Positions 41,774 to 54,793 are shown, counted from the stretch's first letter. The stretch: 64,000 nt of DNA from Octopus vulgaris (GCA_951406725.2 OX597829.1:45260001-45324000); one strand, 5' to 3'. The notes: generated from the letters alone by a model not told the origin. Numbers and translations: made by a program.

Positions 41774-42423
41774 GTTATAGGTACAAGATCTGAAATACTG
41801 GGGGAAGGGACTAGTCGATTATAACAATCCTGTGTGCTCAACTGGTATTTATTTTATAGCTCTTCAAAGGAATGAAAGCCAACGCCAACTTCAGCAGCAT
41901 TTGAACTCAGAACCAGACAGAATAATCCTTTGTACTGCAAGTAAAAGGCCTGAAATTTGGTAGAGGGGTTTGTTGATTAAATCAACCCTAATGTTTGACT
42001 GGTATTTATTTTATCGACACCGCCCCCCCCCCCCAAACAAAAGAAAGAAAGCAAAGTCAACACAGGTGAAATTTGAACTGAGGTCATAGATACAGACAAA
42101 TCAATAATAGCAATAATAAGCCTTTCTTCTGTAGGGTCAAAGCCTGAAATTTGGTGGAAGGGCTTGACGATTAGAATGACCCCAGGATGCAAGCATAAAT
42201 TGGATTACAAAATGTGAAAGACGGATGAAATTCCACAAGGCATTTTGATAGGAACAAAGTTGCAGTGTTATCTTGTATTTCTATATTTTGGGGTGAAGAC
42301 CCCCTTCTGCAGGACATTCAGAAAAGAGTGGTTGGAAAAAGTTTGTTGCTCAGAAGCGGGGGGGGGCAGTGGGAGAAGGAACAGGGAAGGGAGGAGAAAG
42401 GTAAAATGTGCGCACTGCTATTG

Positions 42424-42750
42424 CTATAGCAACCAGTCTGCTTCATGTAGTTCCTTTCTGTTGTTAATGGCTGGTTTCAACTTGTTCACAAGGAGGGCTT
42501 CCATAATTCTGAGACTGTCTGAGAAATGTTGCATTGGGTTGATTTGATGGAAACTTTGAAGTTCTAGGTTTGGCACTTCTTGAGGTGTTTCTTCATCAAA
42601 GCGTCTGTCTGTATATGCTCCTTTATTCTAATGTGTAGTTTCTTTGTGGCGCTCACTACGTAGGATTCTCCACATTTATTGCAGACTACCTTGTAAAGTA
42701 CATAGAGCATTGAACATGTTTTCAGCAGTCTGCGTATGTCACCTTTCTCC
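42424..42750 (-). mobile_element. Penelope-like GIY-YIG endonuclease fragment
   Basis: VLYKVVCNKCGESYVVSATKKLHIRIKEH...LRIMEALLVNKLKPAINNRKE, with a stop and a frameshift. Confidence 0.8.
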
Positions 42751-42814
42751 TTCCTTGCCTGTCCCTTCTACCCAACACACATACCTTTTCCAACCACCGC
42801 TTTTACAAATGTCC

Positions 42815-43150
42815 TAAAGTAGGGTGCTAAGAGCACCATCCGAGCGTGATCGTTGCCAGAGCGGATAACTGGCTTCCGTGCCGGTGGCATGTAGGAGGCA
42901 CCATTCGAGCGGGATCGTTACCAGCATCATCTTACTAGAACCTGTGCCATTGGCATGTGGAAAAAAATTTGAGCGAGGTCGTTGCCAGTACCGCCTGTCT
43001 GGCCCCTGTGCCGGTGGCACATAAAAAGCACCCACTACACTCTCGGAGTGGTTGGCGTTAGGAAGGGCATCCAGCTGTAGAAACTCTGCCAGATCAGACT
43101 GGAGCCTGGTGCGGCTTCCTGGCTTGCCAGTCCCCCGTCAAACCATCGTC
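42815..43150 (+). mobile_element. SINE family C, 3' end truncated at a Helitron-like insertion
   Basis: ggttggcgttaggaagggcatccagctgtagaaactctgccagatcagactggagcctgg. Confidence 0.75.
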
Positions 43151-43153
43151 TAA

Positions 43154-43486
43154 TCTCTATATATATATAAACGGCAAAATGTGTGTGTGTATGTGCATGT
43201 CCTTTATACAAGTTCACAATTTTTCAGTTAGAGGGCTCGCACTTTCTATGGTCATTGAAAACCATCCAATGGTGGTTGTGCACATCTTTACATTTCCCCA
43301 GTCACCTCGCAAAGCCATTACAAAATCAATAGAAGTGACTTTTTTGTGAATTTTCTATCCAAAACCCAATCAAAATGCCCGAAACTTGATACGCCAATTG
43401 AATGCCAACTAGCTGTATGTGACTGATCAGAGATTTGGATAGTACTCATGTATATGTGCGCATGCAGCTGTATATGCATGCACTAG
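43154..43486 (+). mobile_element. probable non-autonomous Helitron (second family)
   Basis: A|TCtctatatatatataaacggc start; possible hairpin plus CTAG|T end at 43483-43487. Confidence 0.45.
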
Positions 43487-44011
43487 TAGTAAATAAAATG
43501 TTAACACAAAAAAAAAAGAGAGACATGCAGTCATTGCTACTTTATGTGTGGAACACAGCAACTTATAAATTGCCAACTTTCTAAATGTTGCCAAAATCTT
43601 TAATGCATTTTGTACACAAAGTTCAGTTGGAAGTGGAAGACTCTGGTAGGAATGTTTAAACTGTATCCAAAATAAATAAATAAATTGATAATCATTTAAA
43701 ACATTTAGACTCTGGAAGGACTCCACAATTTATCCAGAATGTTCAAAGAATTATTGATTATCTCATTTTTAACCTCTTTACAGATTTTTCAGAGAAATCA
43801 AAGATTTTTGAATATGGAAAAAAGTGGTATATTTCCATGCAGGAAAGAATATAGGAGAATTAGTTTTAGGGGTTGAAAATGTACTTGCATCTTAAAACAA
43901 GTTGGTTGTAGTTTTTAAGATTTTGTAACAAAATATAAAGAAAGAAAGAAATTTGCTACAAAATTTTTGAAAACCTCAAAACCAACTCTCATATATATAT
44001 GTATGTATGTA

Positions 44012-44042
<31 letters not shown>

Positions 44043-45746
44043 GTGTGGATGTATGTATGTATGCATGTATGTATGTGTGTGTGGATGTATGTATGTATGC
44101 ATGTATGTATGTGTGTGGATGTATGCATGTATGTATGCATGTAAGTATGTATGTATGTATGTATGTATGTATGTATGTATGTATGTATGTATGTATGTAT
44201 GTATGTATGTATGCGTGGATGTATGTATGTATGCATGCATGTATTTATGTATGTATGTATGTGTGTTTGTATTTATGTTTTATGTATGTATGTGCATGTA
44301 TGTATGCATGTGTGTGTGTGTGAGAGAGAGAGGGGGAGGGGCAACCACAATGGTTTTAGGTTCAGTCTCACAATTTGACACCTTGAGCAAGTGTCTTCTT
44401 TGGTAGATTTGGGTTAACCAAAGCCTTGTGATTGAATTCGATAAACGGACAATGAAAGAAGCCCCTTGAATATCTGTATTTGTCTTTGTGCCTGTGTTTG
44501 TACTCCGACCGCCGCTTGACAGCCGATGCTAGTTTGTTTATATCCCCATAACTTAGCGGGTTGGCAAAAAACTCCAATAGAATAAGTACTAGACTTACAA
44601 AAATGTGCAGGGGTCGATGTTTGACAAAAACCCTTCAAGATGGTACCCCAGTACCGCGCACGGCAAAATGATGACGGGGAGAAGCTTTTTATAAAAATTA
44701 ATTTTAATCCATAATTTTTTAAATATCACCCCTTCTCCCCGTGTACCTTCACAACAGTCATCACTATTTTTTTTTCTTCCTATGAGTTTTTTTTTTTACT
44801 ACACTATTTTATATTCTGAAACATGTATAATTCAAATCTTGAGAGGGAAAAAAAATTAGGATCTTTTCCTTTTGAACGGCAGTTTTCATCACAATTTCTA
44901 GTTAACTAAACACTTTAAAACTTCGTATACTGGTAGAATGTGTCAAAATAAAACATTTTTTTCTCTTGGCTTTCTTGAGAAAATTGTAATTTGTAAGTTT
45001 AACATAGTTTAATTTTTCGAATTTTAACCAACCCTATGCCCTCTATTGAGCTAAAATCATTTGCTGCGTCTAAAACTGAGACAACATCCTGTCACTAACC
45101 CTAATCTTAAGTCATTTTATAATATTCCACATTCTGAAACATTTGGAATTCATATTTAAAACAAAACAAAACAAATATTTTATCCTCTCCCCGCCATCGT
45201 ACTTTTCTCGATTAAACTGGGATTTTTTGTTTCGTTTTCCTTTTTTTTTTTTGCATTTTTGCTTTTGTTTTGTTTTGGAACTTTTCCTTTTATACTTTTG
45301 CCATTCTTTTTCTTTATACAACATAAAATTATAGCAAAGAGCAAAAGGCGTGCTACACAGTTCAGTTACGTCCCTTTACATAACTTCAGTATTTGTGAGT
45401 CGTTGGTACAATAAAGTAGAATTCGTGGAGCGGATCAATATAATCAACTTCTCCCACGATGTATGGTCTTGTGCTAGCTAAAACTAGAAGATAAGATTCT
45501 ACTAAATACCATAACACCGATTAGCATCTAAGGAACCCGAACATAACTGCGATGACTCGGTGCCGCGGGATGTTAGTTTGCATCTAGTTATGTCCCTTGG
45601 TTTAAAATCTATTTGCAGTAATTAAGTGGAAAGGAACATGATTCACATAAGTATTAGGGAGAAAAGGGAGAAGGAGGTAAGACAGAGGAAAGAAAGGGGA
45701 ATCAGTAAATCAACACAGAAGTATGTGAACTCCGTCAATTATACAC

Positions 45747-46132
45747 TTTAAGCACTCCGTCGGTTACGACGATGAGGGTTCCGGTTGATCCGAATCAACG
45801 GAACAGCCTGCTCGTGAAATTAACGTGTAAGTGGCTGAGCACTCCACAGACACGTGCACCCTTAACGTAGTTCTCGGGGATATTCAGCGTGACACAGAGA
45901 GTGACAAGGCCGGCCCCTTGAAATACAGGTACAACAGGAACAGGAAGTAAGAGTGCGAGAAAGTTGTGGTGAAAGAGTACAGCAGGGATCACCATCATCC
46001 CTGCCGGAGCCTCGTGGAGCTTTTTAGGTGTTTTCGCTCAATAAACACTCAGAACGCCCGGTCTGGGAATCGAAACCGCGATCCTATGACCGCGAGTCCG
46101 CTGCCCTAACCACTGGGCCATTGCGCCTCCAG
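45747..46132 (-). mobile_element. young full-length SINE family D with 15-bp TSD
   Basis: TSD ccgtcaattatacac at 45732-45746 and 46133-46147; head ggaggcgcaatggcccagtggttagggcagcggactcgcgg...gtttcgattcc (A and B boxes); CpGs intact. Confidence 0.9.
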
Positions 46133-46280
46133 CCGTCAATTATACACGTCACGGGAAACCGGTGTTCCCTTTTGATATCTCCAAATAAATGGTATATTAC
46201 CTTGGATGAGTGTGAGATTAAGGTGCTGGTACAATGAAACAGGGGCTCAAGTATTGTCTCATATATCAGACAGAAAAATT

Positions 46281-47050
46281 GGCGAAGTTTCGCATGTCGT
46301 AGATCAGATTTCCGTCGATTTCCGTAAAAAACTTTTATTTTTTTACATAAGTAATGAGAGCGAAAGAGACTAAGAGGAAGCGATTTTACGACGAGAAGGT
46401 TTCACTTTGAAGTCGGCCTGTGTGTGTTTGATGGGGTGTGGGAGACAGACAGTATGTTGTGTAAGTGAAGTGCTTCTGTTAGTGTGTGCGAAGAGACAGA
46501 GAGAGTAATGTGTGAAAGAGAGAGATAACTGATTTTTTACTCGGTGTATGTGTATATGTATGTATGCATGTATGTGTGTGTGTGTGTATGTATCTATGTA
46601 TGTGTGTGTGTGTAAGTATGTGTGTGTGTATGTATGTATGTATGGCCGATTCATCGTAATTTTTTACTCGGTGTATGTGTATATGTATGTCTGCATGTAT
46701 GTGTGTGTGTATGTATCTATGTGTGTGTGTGTGTGTAAGTATGTGTGTGTGTATGTATGTGTGTGTGTGTATGTATGTATGTATGGCCGATTCATAGTAA
46801 TTTTTTACTCGGTGTATGTGTATATGTATGTCTGTCTCTTCACACACACTAACAGAAGCACTTCACTTACACAACATACTGTCTGTCTCCCACACCCCAT
46901 CAAACACACACAGGCCGACTTCAAAGTGAAACCTTCTCGTCGTAAAATCGCTTCCTCTTAGTCTCTTTCGCTCTCATTACTTATGTAAAAAAATAAAAGT
47001 TTTTTACGGAAATCGACGGAAATCTGTGCTACTACAACCGAAACTATGCC
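46281..47050. mobile_element. foldback non-autonomous DNA transposon, 8-bp TSD, GG termini (Merlin-like)
   Basis: TSD gaaaaatt at 46273-46280 and 47051-47058; arms 46305-46500 and 46831-47026 differ at one base; internal tandem repeats. Confidence 0.8.
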
Positions 47051-47929
47051 GAAAAATTTATAGACAGATTACTGTATTTCAGAGACTTATTTTGCTCAAA
47101 AGTTTTGTTTTTGTTATTATTTATTATTTTTTTATTATTTCTTATTTTTATTTTTTATATTTTTTTTCTGTATGTAAGCATTTAGATATGTAAATAAACA
47201 GATCAATATACAGACGGATAGGTATATAGACTATATGAACAGCAGACACATATGGAGACACGGATCCACACATATAAAGATGCACATCCATACATTCAAA
47301 CATGGTACATAGTTACATAACACACACACACACACACAGACAGACACAGATATGCACACACAAGGAGACAGGTGCATACATATACAAACACATGCTCACA
47401 CACACATACATAGAAAATACACAAACACGGACAGGCAAGCACATATATATGCAGGATACGTACATACAGATGCACACACATACATACATATGCATACACA
47501 CACATATATATACATATATACACATGCAAACACACACACACACATACATACGTACATGTATGCATGCATAGGCACACACACACACTGACCCACACACATA
47601 CGCACAAACAAGCAAAAGGGAATGCAGTGTAAATAACGGACAGAGTCAAAACCACTGAAAAGGTTGCAAGACGCAACGAAAATTTTAGAAAAATAAAAAT
47701 AAGAAATAAGTGGAAATTTTACCGGTGAGTGTGTTAAATAATAAGGCACTAAAAGAGAATGACTCTCCCCAGACACAACAGAAGGTGTAGTAACTCTGTC
47801 ACAGGTATTAAGAACGTGAGCAAAGTAAGTCACACATAGTGACATCCCATTGGAGGCTATCACTTTGAACATAAGGGCTAAAAGTGAGTACATCGGACTT
47901 CCTCCCATCGTTCCTGGACAATCCAACTG

Positions 47930-49326
47930 ACCAGCTGCTGACTTCGGCCTGAAGCTGCACGTAGTCTTCGTGCTTCAGAAAAAAAAATAAGGCAGCTGTT
48001 CTAACCAGAATAAAGTATCACTGGTTGGAAACGACAGAGTACGTTCCGAGTGGACTGGGTGTAGCTTTGTCGGCATGAGAGACCAGAACTGAGGAGTCGA
48101 CAGGACTTTGTTTTTGGCCAGGACACTCGACTCGATGTCACCAGAGAGACAGTTCAAAAGATAGTTGGGAATTGTGATAGGTGTCAGTCCATCGACCCTG
48201 CACCGAGCTTGCACGAAACTGGAAAGATTCAAGTAAAGAAAGATTAGAAGAGGCTAGCGATAGTCATGATGTACTATCGGGGAAGGGCATACCTCTCAAT
48301 GGTCGCCTGTGAATAACCAGGACGAATAAAAATAAGGAGAGAGATTGGGGTAGAGATTGCTGCCGAAAATCACAGAAGTGCTGAATGCAGTGTTCTTGGA
48401 AAGAAAACCAGTAGATGAGCTCTTGGTGGATAATAGCGTAGTTTTTTGCTCAGAACAGCTAAAGGAGATGCTTGAAAGATGGAACATTAGACTCTTCTTC
48501 AGGTCTGCATACAGGCCCAATAGAAGCGGGATTGTGGAACAACAACATCGTACAATCAAAGCTATGGCTGAGAGGAGATGAATCTCTCCCATGGAGGCAG
48601 CCTTCTGGTAAAGTATGTCGCCCAGAGTAGGGCAAACTGAAGAGTCAATCCCGCAAAGAGCGATATTCCGATAAGAATGGAGACTTCTGAGTATGGTGTC
48701 GCTACTGCCAGGTATGGAAGGGGTCGCATCTGTACAGATCGGAAACGAAGTGTAGGTGCACCTAATGCCCGGTGCACAATGCAGTGGGAGAAAGGAAGGG
48801 TGACCGCGATCAATACTTGAAATAAGATATCGGTGGATGGAATGCCGAGTCACATCTTGGACGTTTGGAGGGTGGTTAGCTCCTCTGATGACGAAGGAGT
48901 GGAAGAGGCCGACCCTGTGACCTTGCAAATACCTTAAAGGGAACGTCCTCCCTCCCTGGTGGATGGATGATTTCGAAACTGTGTAGAGGAGAAATGATCT
49001 TTAGATCGGTGATGGGGGGCGTGCAGAGGAAACGAGCAGAAAAAATGAGGGACCGGAAGCGAGGGAAATTGACGACACTTCAAGGAGTGGTGGGTTTAAA
49101 ACAGTTTCTTTCACGCGAGTGTGTTGTGAGCGACGGATGTGTATTGGGGAACGATATGAGAATAATAGTTCTTTCTGGCCAGAGCTTGGGTATAGGATAC
49201 GTGTGAATATTACTGTTAAGTTTTGCTGATTCCCGTGACCTGACACTTGGAGGGACCGTTGCCGATTGCCTCTCTAGGCAAGAGCAACCTTTATTTGTAC
49301 CTTGCAACTACGATAAATATTCCACA
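47930..49326 (+). mobile_element. Gypsy/Ty3 LTR retrotransposon 3' remnant (RNase H end, integrase, PPT, 3' LTR)
   Basis: NKAAVLTR (RNase H end), GVDRTLFLAR...CDRCQSIDPAP (zinc finger), VDELLVDNS...YRPNRSGIVEQQHRTIK (core), purine tract at 49008-49019, TG at 49022 ... CA at 49326. Confidence 0.85.
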
Positions 49327-49429
49327 TTAAAATATAATCAAAAAAAAAAATGACAGAAAGAAAATGTAATTCATGAGGGAAGGAAAGTGCATCAATCGGT
49401 TGTACACCATAAGGGTTAACGGAACTTAT

Positions 49430-50100
49430 TGAGGCAAGCCAATACGGTCGCAGCATTGCGACGGGTGATGGCGCGGCTAAGGCGTTAGAACAGCTAAGCA
49501 CCTTCACGGATATCACATGACACCTCAGTAAGGAGAGAAGGTAATGATGACAAGAGCTTTGTTGTCGGCGGTCAAGCTCCTCCAAACCTCTTAAATCTCA
49601 CTGGCTGGAAGAAGTGGTTCACTGACAAGTCCCGATACGTAAGGATTTTTTCCCTGTTCAGCTATAAAGCAGTGACCCTCCCATTTACCACAGTATCCAG
49701 GATGTGGGAGAGAGCAAAAGAGTCACAGACTGTGGTGTCCCAGGTGAGGAACCTACCTCTTGCTCAGGGACAAAGATTAAGGCCGTCTGGTCTCTCTCTA
49801 TCTCTTCTGGATAATTCCGCCGGCTCCAGAACTGAAGGGCTTGCTTAATGATTAGGGTTAGCTCGGCGTGACGAGCAAAACGACCAGCATTTAGATGGTA
49901 AGACAAACCATGGAGGCCTGATTCGAGGTGCCTACCACAGCGATATCTGAGTCCCCCACGGTCGTCGGCTCCCACTCAGAGTGCAATGGAGATGCGAAGC
50001 TCATCCAAACTGAACAGAATACCAATGTTGATCTCAAGCAGGGTAACAATCCAGCCCCCCCCCCCGACAATTTCGCACTTGCAGAAATTAGACGACACCT
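49430..50100 (-). mobile_element. CRE-like non-LTR retrotransposon 3' fragment (RLE)
   Basis: LRISIALRVG...CGRHLESGLHGLSY...AGRFARHAEL...LEP...RPDG...WDTTVCDSFA...RLSRAITRRNAA across frameshifts. Confidence 0.75.
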
Positions 50101-50932
50101 TGAAAATTGATAATTTTCAGACATTATCTATAATAATAAATGCCAAAACGAATTCCTATGTGTCAGTGTGTCACACTTTGACCCTCTCTCTCTTACTGTT
50201 CAATGACACTTCTACTATTCCTCATGATGAGGTGAGAGTAATAGTAGGCATAGGACAGTAGTAGATTGACAGTTGGGGTGGTAGTAATAGTATGAGTTGT
50301 AGTTGTGGTAGAGGCGGAGGCAAAAGTGATGATGGTGATGGTGGTAGCCGAGTCAGTCAGGGATGACGATGGTAGTAAGCGATGTGAAAGGCAGTGGTAA
50401 TGGTGGTGGAGGGGAAGGTAGCGAAGTCAAAGGTATTGATGGTGGTGACGTCAGAAGTCTGAATAGTGTGTATGGCAGTTGTGGTGGCGATGGTTGAAAA
50501 CAATTAACAGAAAGAGAGAGAGAGAGAGAGCGGTTAGACAGAAAAAAATGTACTGTCCCTTGAATGGGAAGAGAAAAAAAATGTTTATCATGAAGCTTTG
50601 CAATTAGTTCCACGTCGACATATTATATCATTGTCTTGAAGAAAATTGTTCATTGCTTGAAAAATTTTGTTGAAGTTTAATAAAATTTAATGTGTACTCA
50701 ATGCATGAAGTGTCATTGTTAGGCCCAAAGCCTAATGAAGAGCCCTCCACAGGAGCTGGCTTAAAAGCGGCTTTTAAGGCGGCTTTTAAGCTAGTACTGT
50801 ATACGTGGTACAGTATGATAGATTTTGAGAATTTTAAACGAATTAACAAATATTAAACAGACCATTCTTTAGAAGTGTATTAATCTGAATGTAGCAAATA
50901 CAATTTAGTTCATTACTTTTCATAGTTTATTT

Positions 50933-51345
50933 TGTGGCTGTGATGTTCGCTTCCCAACCTCATGGTTCCGGGTTCAGTCCCACTACATGGTATGTTGGGC
51001 AAGCGTTTTGTATAATACCTCCAAGCCAACGAAAACTTTGTGAGCGGATTTAGTAGACGAAAACTGGAAGAAGCCCGTTGTATATAAGTGGCGAAGGTGA
51101 TTGACAAATACATCTACGACACATACACGTGTGTGTGTGTGTGTGTGCGTGTTTGTCCTCCCCCACCCCGTTCGACATCCGATGTTCGTGCGTTTACGTC
51201 CCAGTAATGTAGCTGTTCGGCCAAAGAGACCGATAAAAGTATCAGGTTTTTAAGAAAAAGTACTGGGGTCTATTTGTTTGACAAAAAATTCTTCAAGGCG
51301 GTGCTACAGCATGGCCACAGTATAATGACTGAAACAGGAGAAAAG
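50933..51345 (+). mobile_element. SINE family A
   Basis: Matches the family A consensus; its tail is duplicated at 51437. Confidence 0.8.
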
Positions 51346-51614
51346 AAAATATTTATTTATTTAACATACTCTCCAGAAAATCCAGTCCGGGACACTTCTA
51401 GTACCAAGAATGCCGAATATGGCTCGGCACAATATTTAAGAAAAAGTACTGGACAAAAAATTATTCAAGGCGGTGCTACAGCATGGCCACGGTATAATGA
51501 CTGAAACAGGAGGAGAAAAAAAATATTTATTTAAGATACTCTCCAGAAAACCAGAAAATCCAGAAATCCGGGACACTTCTAGTACCAAGAATGCCGAATA
51601 TGGTTCGGCACAAT
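51250..51614 (+). repeat. tandem duplication (~185 bp) of SINE tail plus unique flank
   Basis: taagaaaaagtactgg...ccgggacacttctagtaccaagaatgccgaatatgg(c/t)tcggcacaat occurs twice. Confidence 0.85.
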
Positions 51615-51669
51615 TAACTGATAGAGTATTAAGGACAGAGTTATCTGCCCCATACTTCCGATATTATTA

Positions 51670-51687
51670 TTTCCCGCCTTATTTAAA
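51670..51687 (+). promoter_or_regulatory. putative E2F site with a CHR-like element at 4-nt spacing
   Basis: TTTCCCGC-ctta-TTTAAA, ~150 bp upstream of the ATG at 51835. Confidence 0.45.
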
Positions 51688-51834
51688 TCGAGACCAAATA
51701 AGATAGAAAAAGGAAATCGTAAAACGAAAATGCTATCTGCTGGAAACCCAACACTTTAAAGTCTGTTGTAGATGGTCTCAAGCGAGAAGTGTCAATCGTC
51801 AAAGTGCACAAGCCAGGAGTTTAAATAATTAACA

Positions 51835-51964
51835 ATGAGTAAAACAAATGCTGTGAATAAACTTGCCAGAAATTACAGCCTGAGTAAAACGCAATTAACT
51901 CCGATAATAAAAGAAGAAAATGTCAAACAACCAGAAAGAGAAATTCCTGCGTCTCCCACTTCAG
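51835..51964 (+). CDS. first coding exon of an unidentified gene (possibly ETAA1-like)
   Basis: aacaATG with an in-frame upstream TAA; MSKTNAVNKLARNYSLSKTQLTPIIKEENVKQPEREIPASPTS; donor CAG|GTTGTA phase 1, matching the 61848 exon. Confidence 0.55.
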
Positions 51965-52179
51965 GTTGTATTATTGTTTTTTTTTGTATCATAATTCATT
52001 TATGTTTATGTTTATGTTTTCCAGTTTCAACTCTTTAGCTGTGGCCATGCTGGGGCGTTCATTTTTTTGTATAAATTTGTTTGTGTTCTGTGCTGCAGGG
52101 GTGTTTTTTTTTTTTTGTCCACCACCAACATATGTTCTAAATTTTTTTATTTTTATTTATTTATCGTTATTGCTTAAAC

Positions 52180-52517
52180 GTCTGCCGTTTCGTTCTGAGT
52201 TCAAATTCCGCCGAGGTCGACTTTGCCTTTCATCCTTTCGGGGTCGATTAAATAAGTTACGACTTAATACCTATGTCTGTCCTTGTTTGTCCTCTCTGTG
52301 TTTAGCTCCTTGTGGGTAGTAAAGAAATAGGTATTTCGTCTGTCGTTACGTTCTGAGATCAAATTCCACGGAGGTCGACTTTGCCTTTCATCCTTTCGGG
52401 GTCGATTAAATAAGTACCAGTTGTTACGCACTGGGGTCGATATAATCGACTTTGTCCCTTTGTCCGTCCTTGTTTGTCCTCTCTGTGTGTAGCCCCTTGT
52501 GGGTAGTAAAGAAATAG
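52180..52517 (+). mobile_element. SINE family B tandem dimer (5'-truncated units)
   Basis: Two head-to-tail units, each ending ...ccttgtgggtagtaaagaaata. Confidence 0.8.
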
Positions 52518-53774
52518 TTATTGCTAAACGTCAACACACGTATGTATGCTGGTGTTAATAATGTAACTTGTCATCTTAAACATATGGCCTACATAGTTTT
52601 ATACTTGTTATAGAACTTAAAATGAAATATTACACTCTGCAGTCACGATGTGTACATTGCATCTTCGTTGAGCCGTTTTAATACAAGAAAGTGAATAGGG
52701 CACTTAAATGTTAAGGCACCGTGTCGGGTCAAAATTAAAATGCATACACATCAGGTTATTTATATAATTAATTGAACCCTACTGAGTATATTGCCAGCCC
52801 TTGGGCTAATCCAGAAATGCACAGTGCATTAAATATGTGGTCCATAATATACTTCGGAACACTCGAGGAGCAGGTTCCGAGAGGTGAATAATACATTAAT
52901 AACAAACTTACCCATTCGTTTGTTATGGGGTACAATTTTATGGGGTGTCCACCTTATAGGGGTATGCGTGTTTGAATATGGATGCATTTGTCAAACCCTT
53001 TTTGCTGGGTCCGGGAGCATTGGTGGAAGGTCGAGGCAGGGGACCTGTGGTTGCAGTCATGGGTGGAGCGCGCAGATACGATGTACTTTCATGCGGCAAG
53101 GATTAAAACATCTCACTGTTGCTATTCAGGTACACACACACACACACACACACACACATCTATCTAGCTGGTATTTCGTCTGTCGTTACGTTCTGAGTTC
53201 AAATTCCGCCGAGGTCGACTTGCCCTTTCATCCTTTCGGGGTCGATTAAATAAGTAGCAGTTACGCACTGGGGTCGATATAATCGACTCAATCCCTTCGT
53301 CTGTCCCTGTTTGTCCCCTCCGCGTTTAGCCCCCCTTCTGGGAAGTAAAGAAATATATAATATAAATTAGAGATAAAACCACTATTATACAACTCAAACA
53401 GTGATAGACATAAACCAAAACACAAATAACAAATAAAAAATATTTTTATAAAACATATAACTAGATCTCACAAAGTGTAAAAACGAAGGGTCAATATATA
53501 ATAAGTATATCGTCAGTGGATCATATATCCGAAAACGAAGAACAGTAAAGTATGGAGCAGTAAAATAAACACACACACATACATATAAAATGCGTGTGTT
53601 TGTACACAGAGACGTGGCGTGTGTACACACACAAACCAGTTAGGTTTCGATCATTCAGACCCGTCCCATCTAAGCGCCAACCGTTCAAACTTTATTGTTG
53701 CTGGTACTCATTTTGATGGACTTATATGTCTGTGTGTTTGCTGTATATGAATGGGTTTCAGGGAAAATTAATTA

Positions 53775-54171
53775 TCTTTATATATAAAAGTGAAGTTGTG
53801 TGTCTGTCTCCTACGATTTAGATTCCTAACTACTCCCACATTTTGCGGTGCAGTGTAACCAAAAGCGGGTATCTTATAATCGTGATTCATATCGAGCCCT
53901 TCTGGGTATTAGCGCGCGTCTACGATGAGTCTACGATTTAAAAAAATTTACCATAATTTTTTTTTCCATTTTAATGCATTTTTCGCTATTATATAAGGGA
54001 AGTAACTCTCTAAAAATGTCTACGATGAGTCAACGATTAAAAAAAAAATTTACCATAATTTTTTTTCCATTTTTAATGCATTTTTTTGCTATTTTTTGGC
54101 TATAACTCTCTAAAAATGCTTATATAGTTATTGCCCTTACAAACCCGAGCAACGCCGGGCGATACTGCTAG
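53775..54171 (+). mobile_element. non-autonomous Helitron
   Basis: A|TC 5' end, subterminal hairpin cccgagcaacgccggg, CTAG|T 3' end, no TSD. Confidence 0.88.
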
Positions 54172-54793
54172 TTGGACATAAAACTCTAGAACACCGTTTG
54201 GAATGTATTTGCAGCATTTAACTTCGCTTCTTTGCTTTGCACACGTCAGCAACAATTTGGTAATGGACTCATTGTTCAGCCTCAACTCATCTGTTACCAA
54301 GCAGACTTCTATTAAAGGTGTTTCCTGTTGTAAACCTCCCCCCCGTATTTTGTTTCGTTTGGAGAGGTGGGTGTAGCGTAGACACGCCATTCTCCTTTTG
54401 CTTTCTTTTAAAACAGTAACGTGTGACTTGAAGATGCTTTACGTACGGCATGTAATCTCCCTGTGGGATTTTTCAGAAAATTTTTGCGAATTTGTTATTC
54501 TACACACGGAAATTCATACGATTATGCAAAAACCAAAATTTAAAAAAAATATATTTTCTGCGTGATTTAAGAGCTACTTAGCTGTTACTTTTAGCACATC
54601 TCACGACCACCTCATGCCCTTCTTGTTTGTCAGTCTGTCGTGATGATGTTTTTCAATATCCTTCTCCCCCATAAACACATTTTACTGTCTGTTATGGAGA
54701 TTTAAGCTAAAAATTCGGACTGTCCTTATCTTAAACTGTGATTTAAAAACAAAAATTCGAAGAATTAAAAATTTTTTCGTAATCTACAATATA

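Noticed and set aside
45960-46130. tRNA gene (also heads at 54794, 60093 and 60788)
   Set aside because: A and B boxes are present but there is no closed acceptor stem, and each continues into a SINE body.
46520-46830. CRISPR-like repeat-spacer pattern
   Set aside because: Spacers are mutually similar microsatellite; eukaryotic context; no cas genes.
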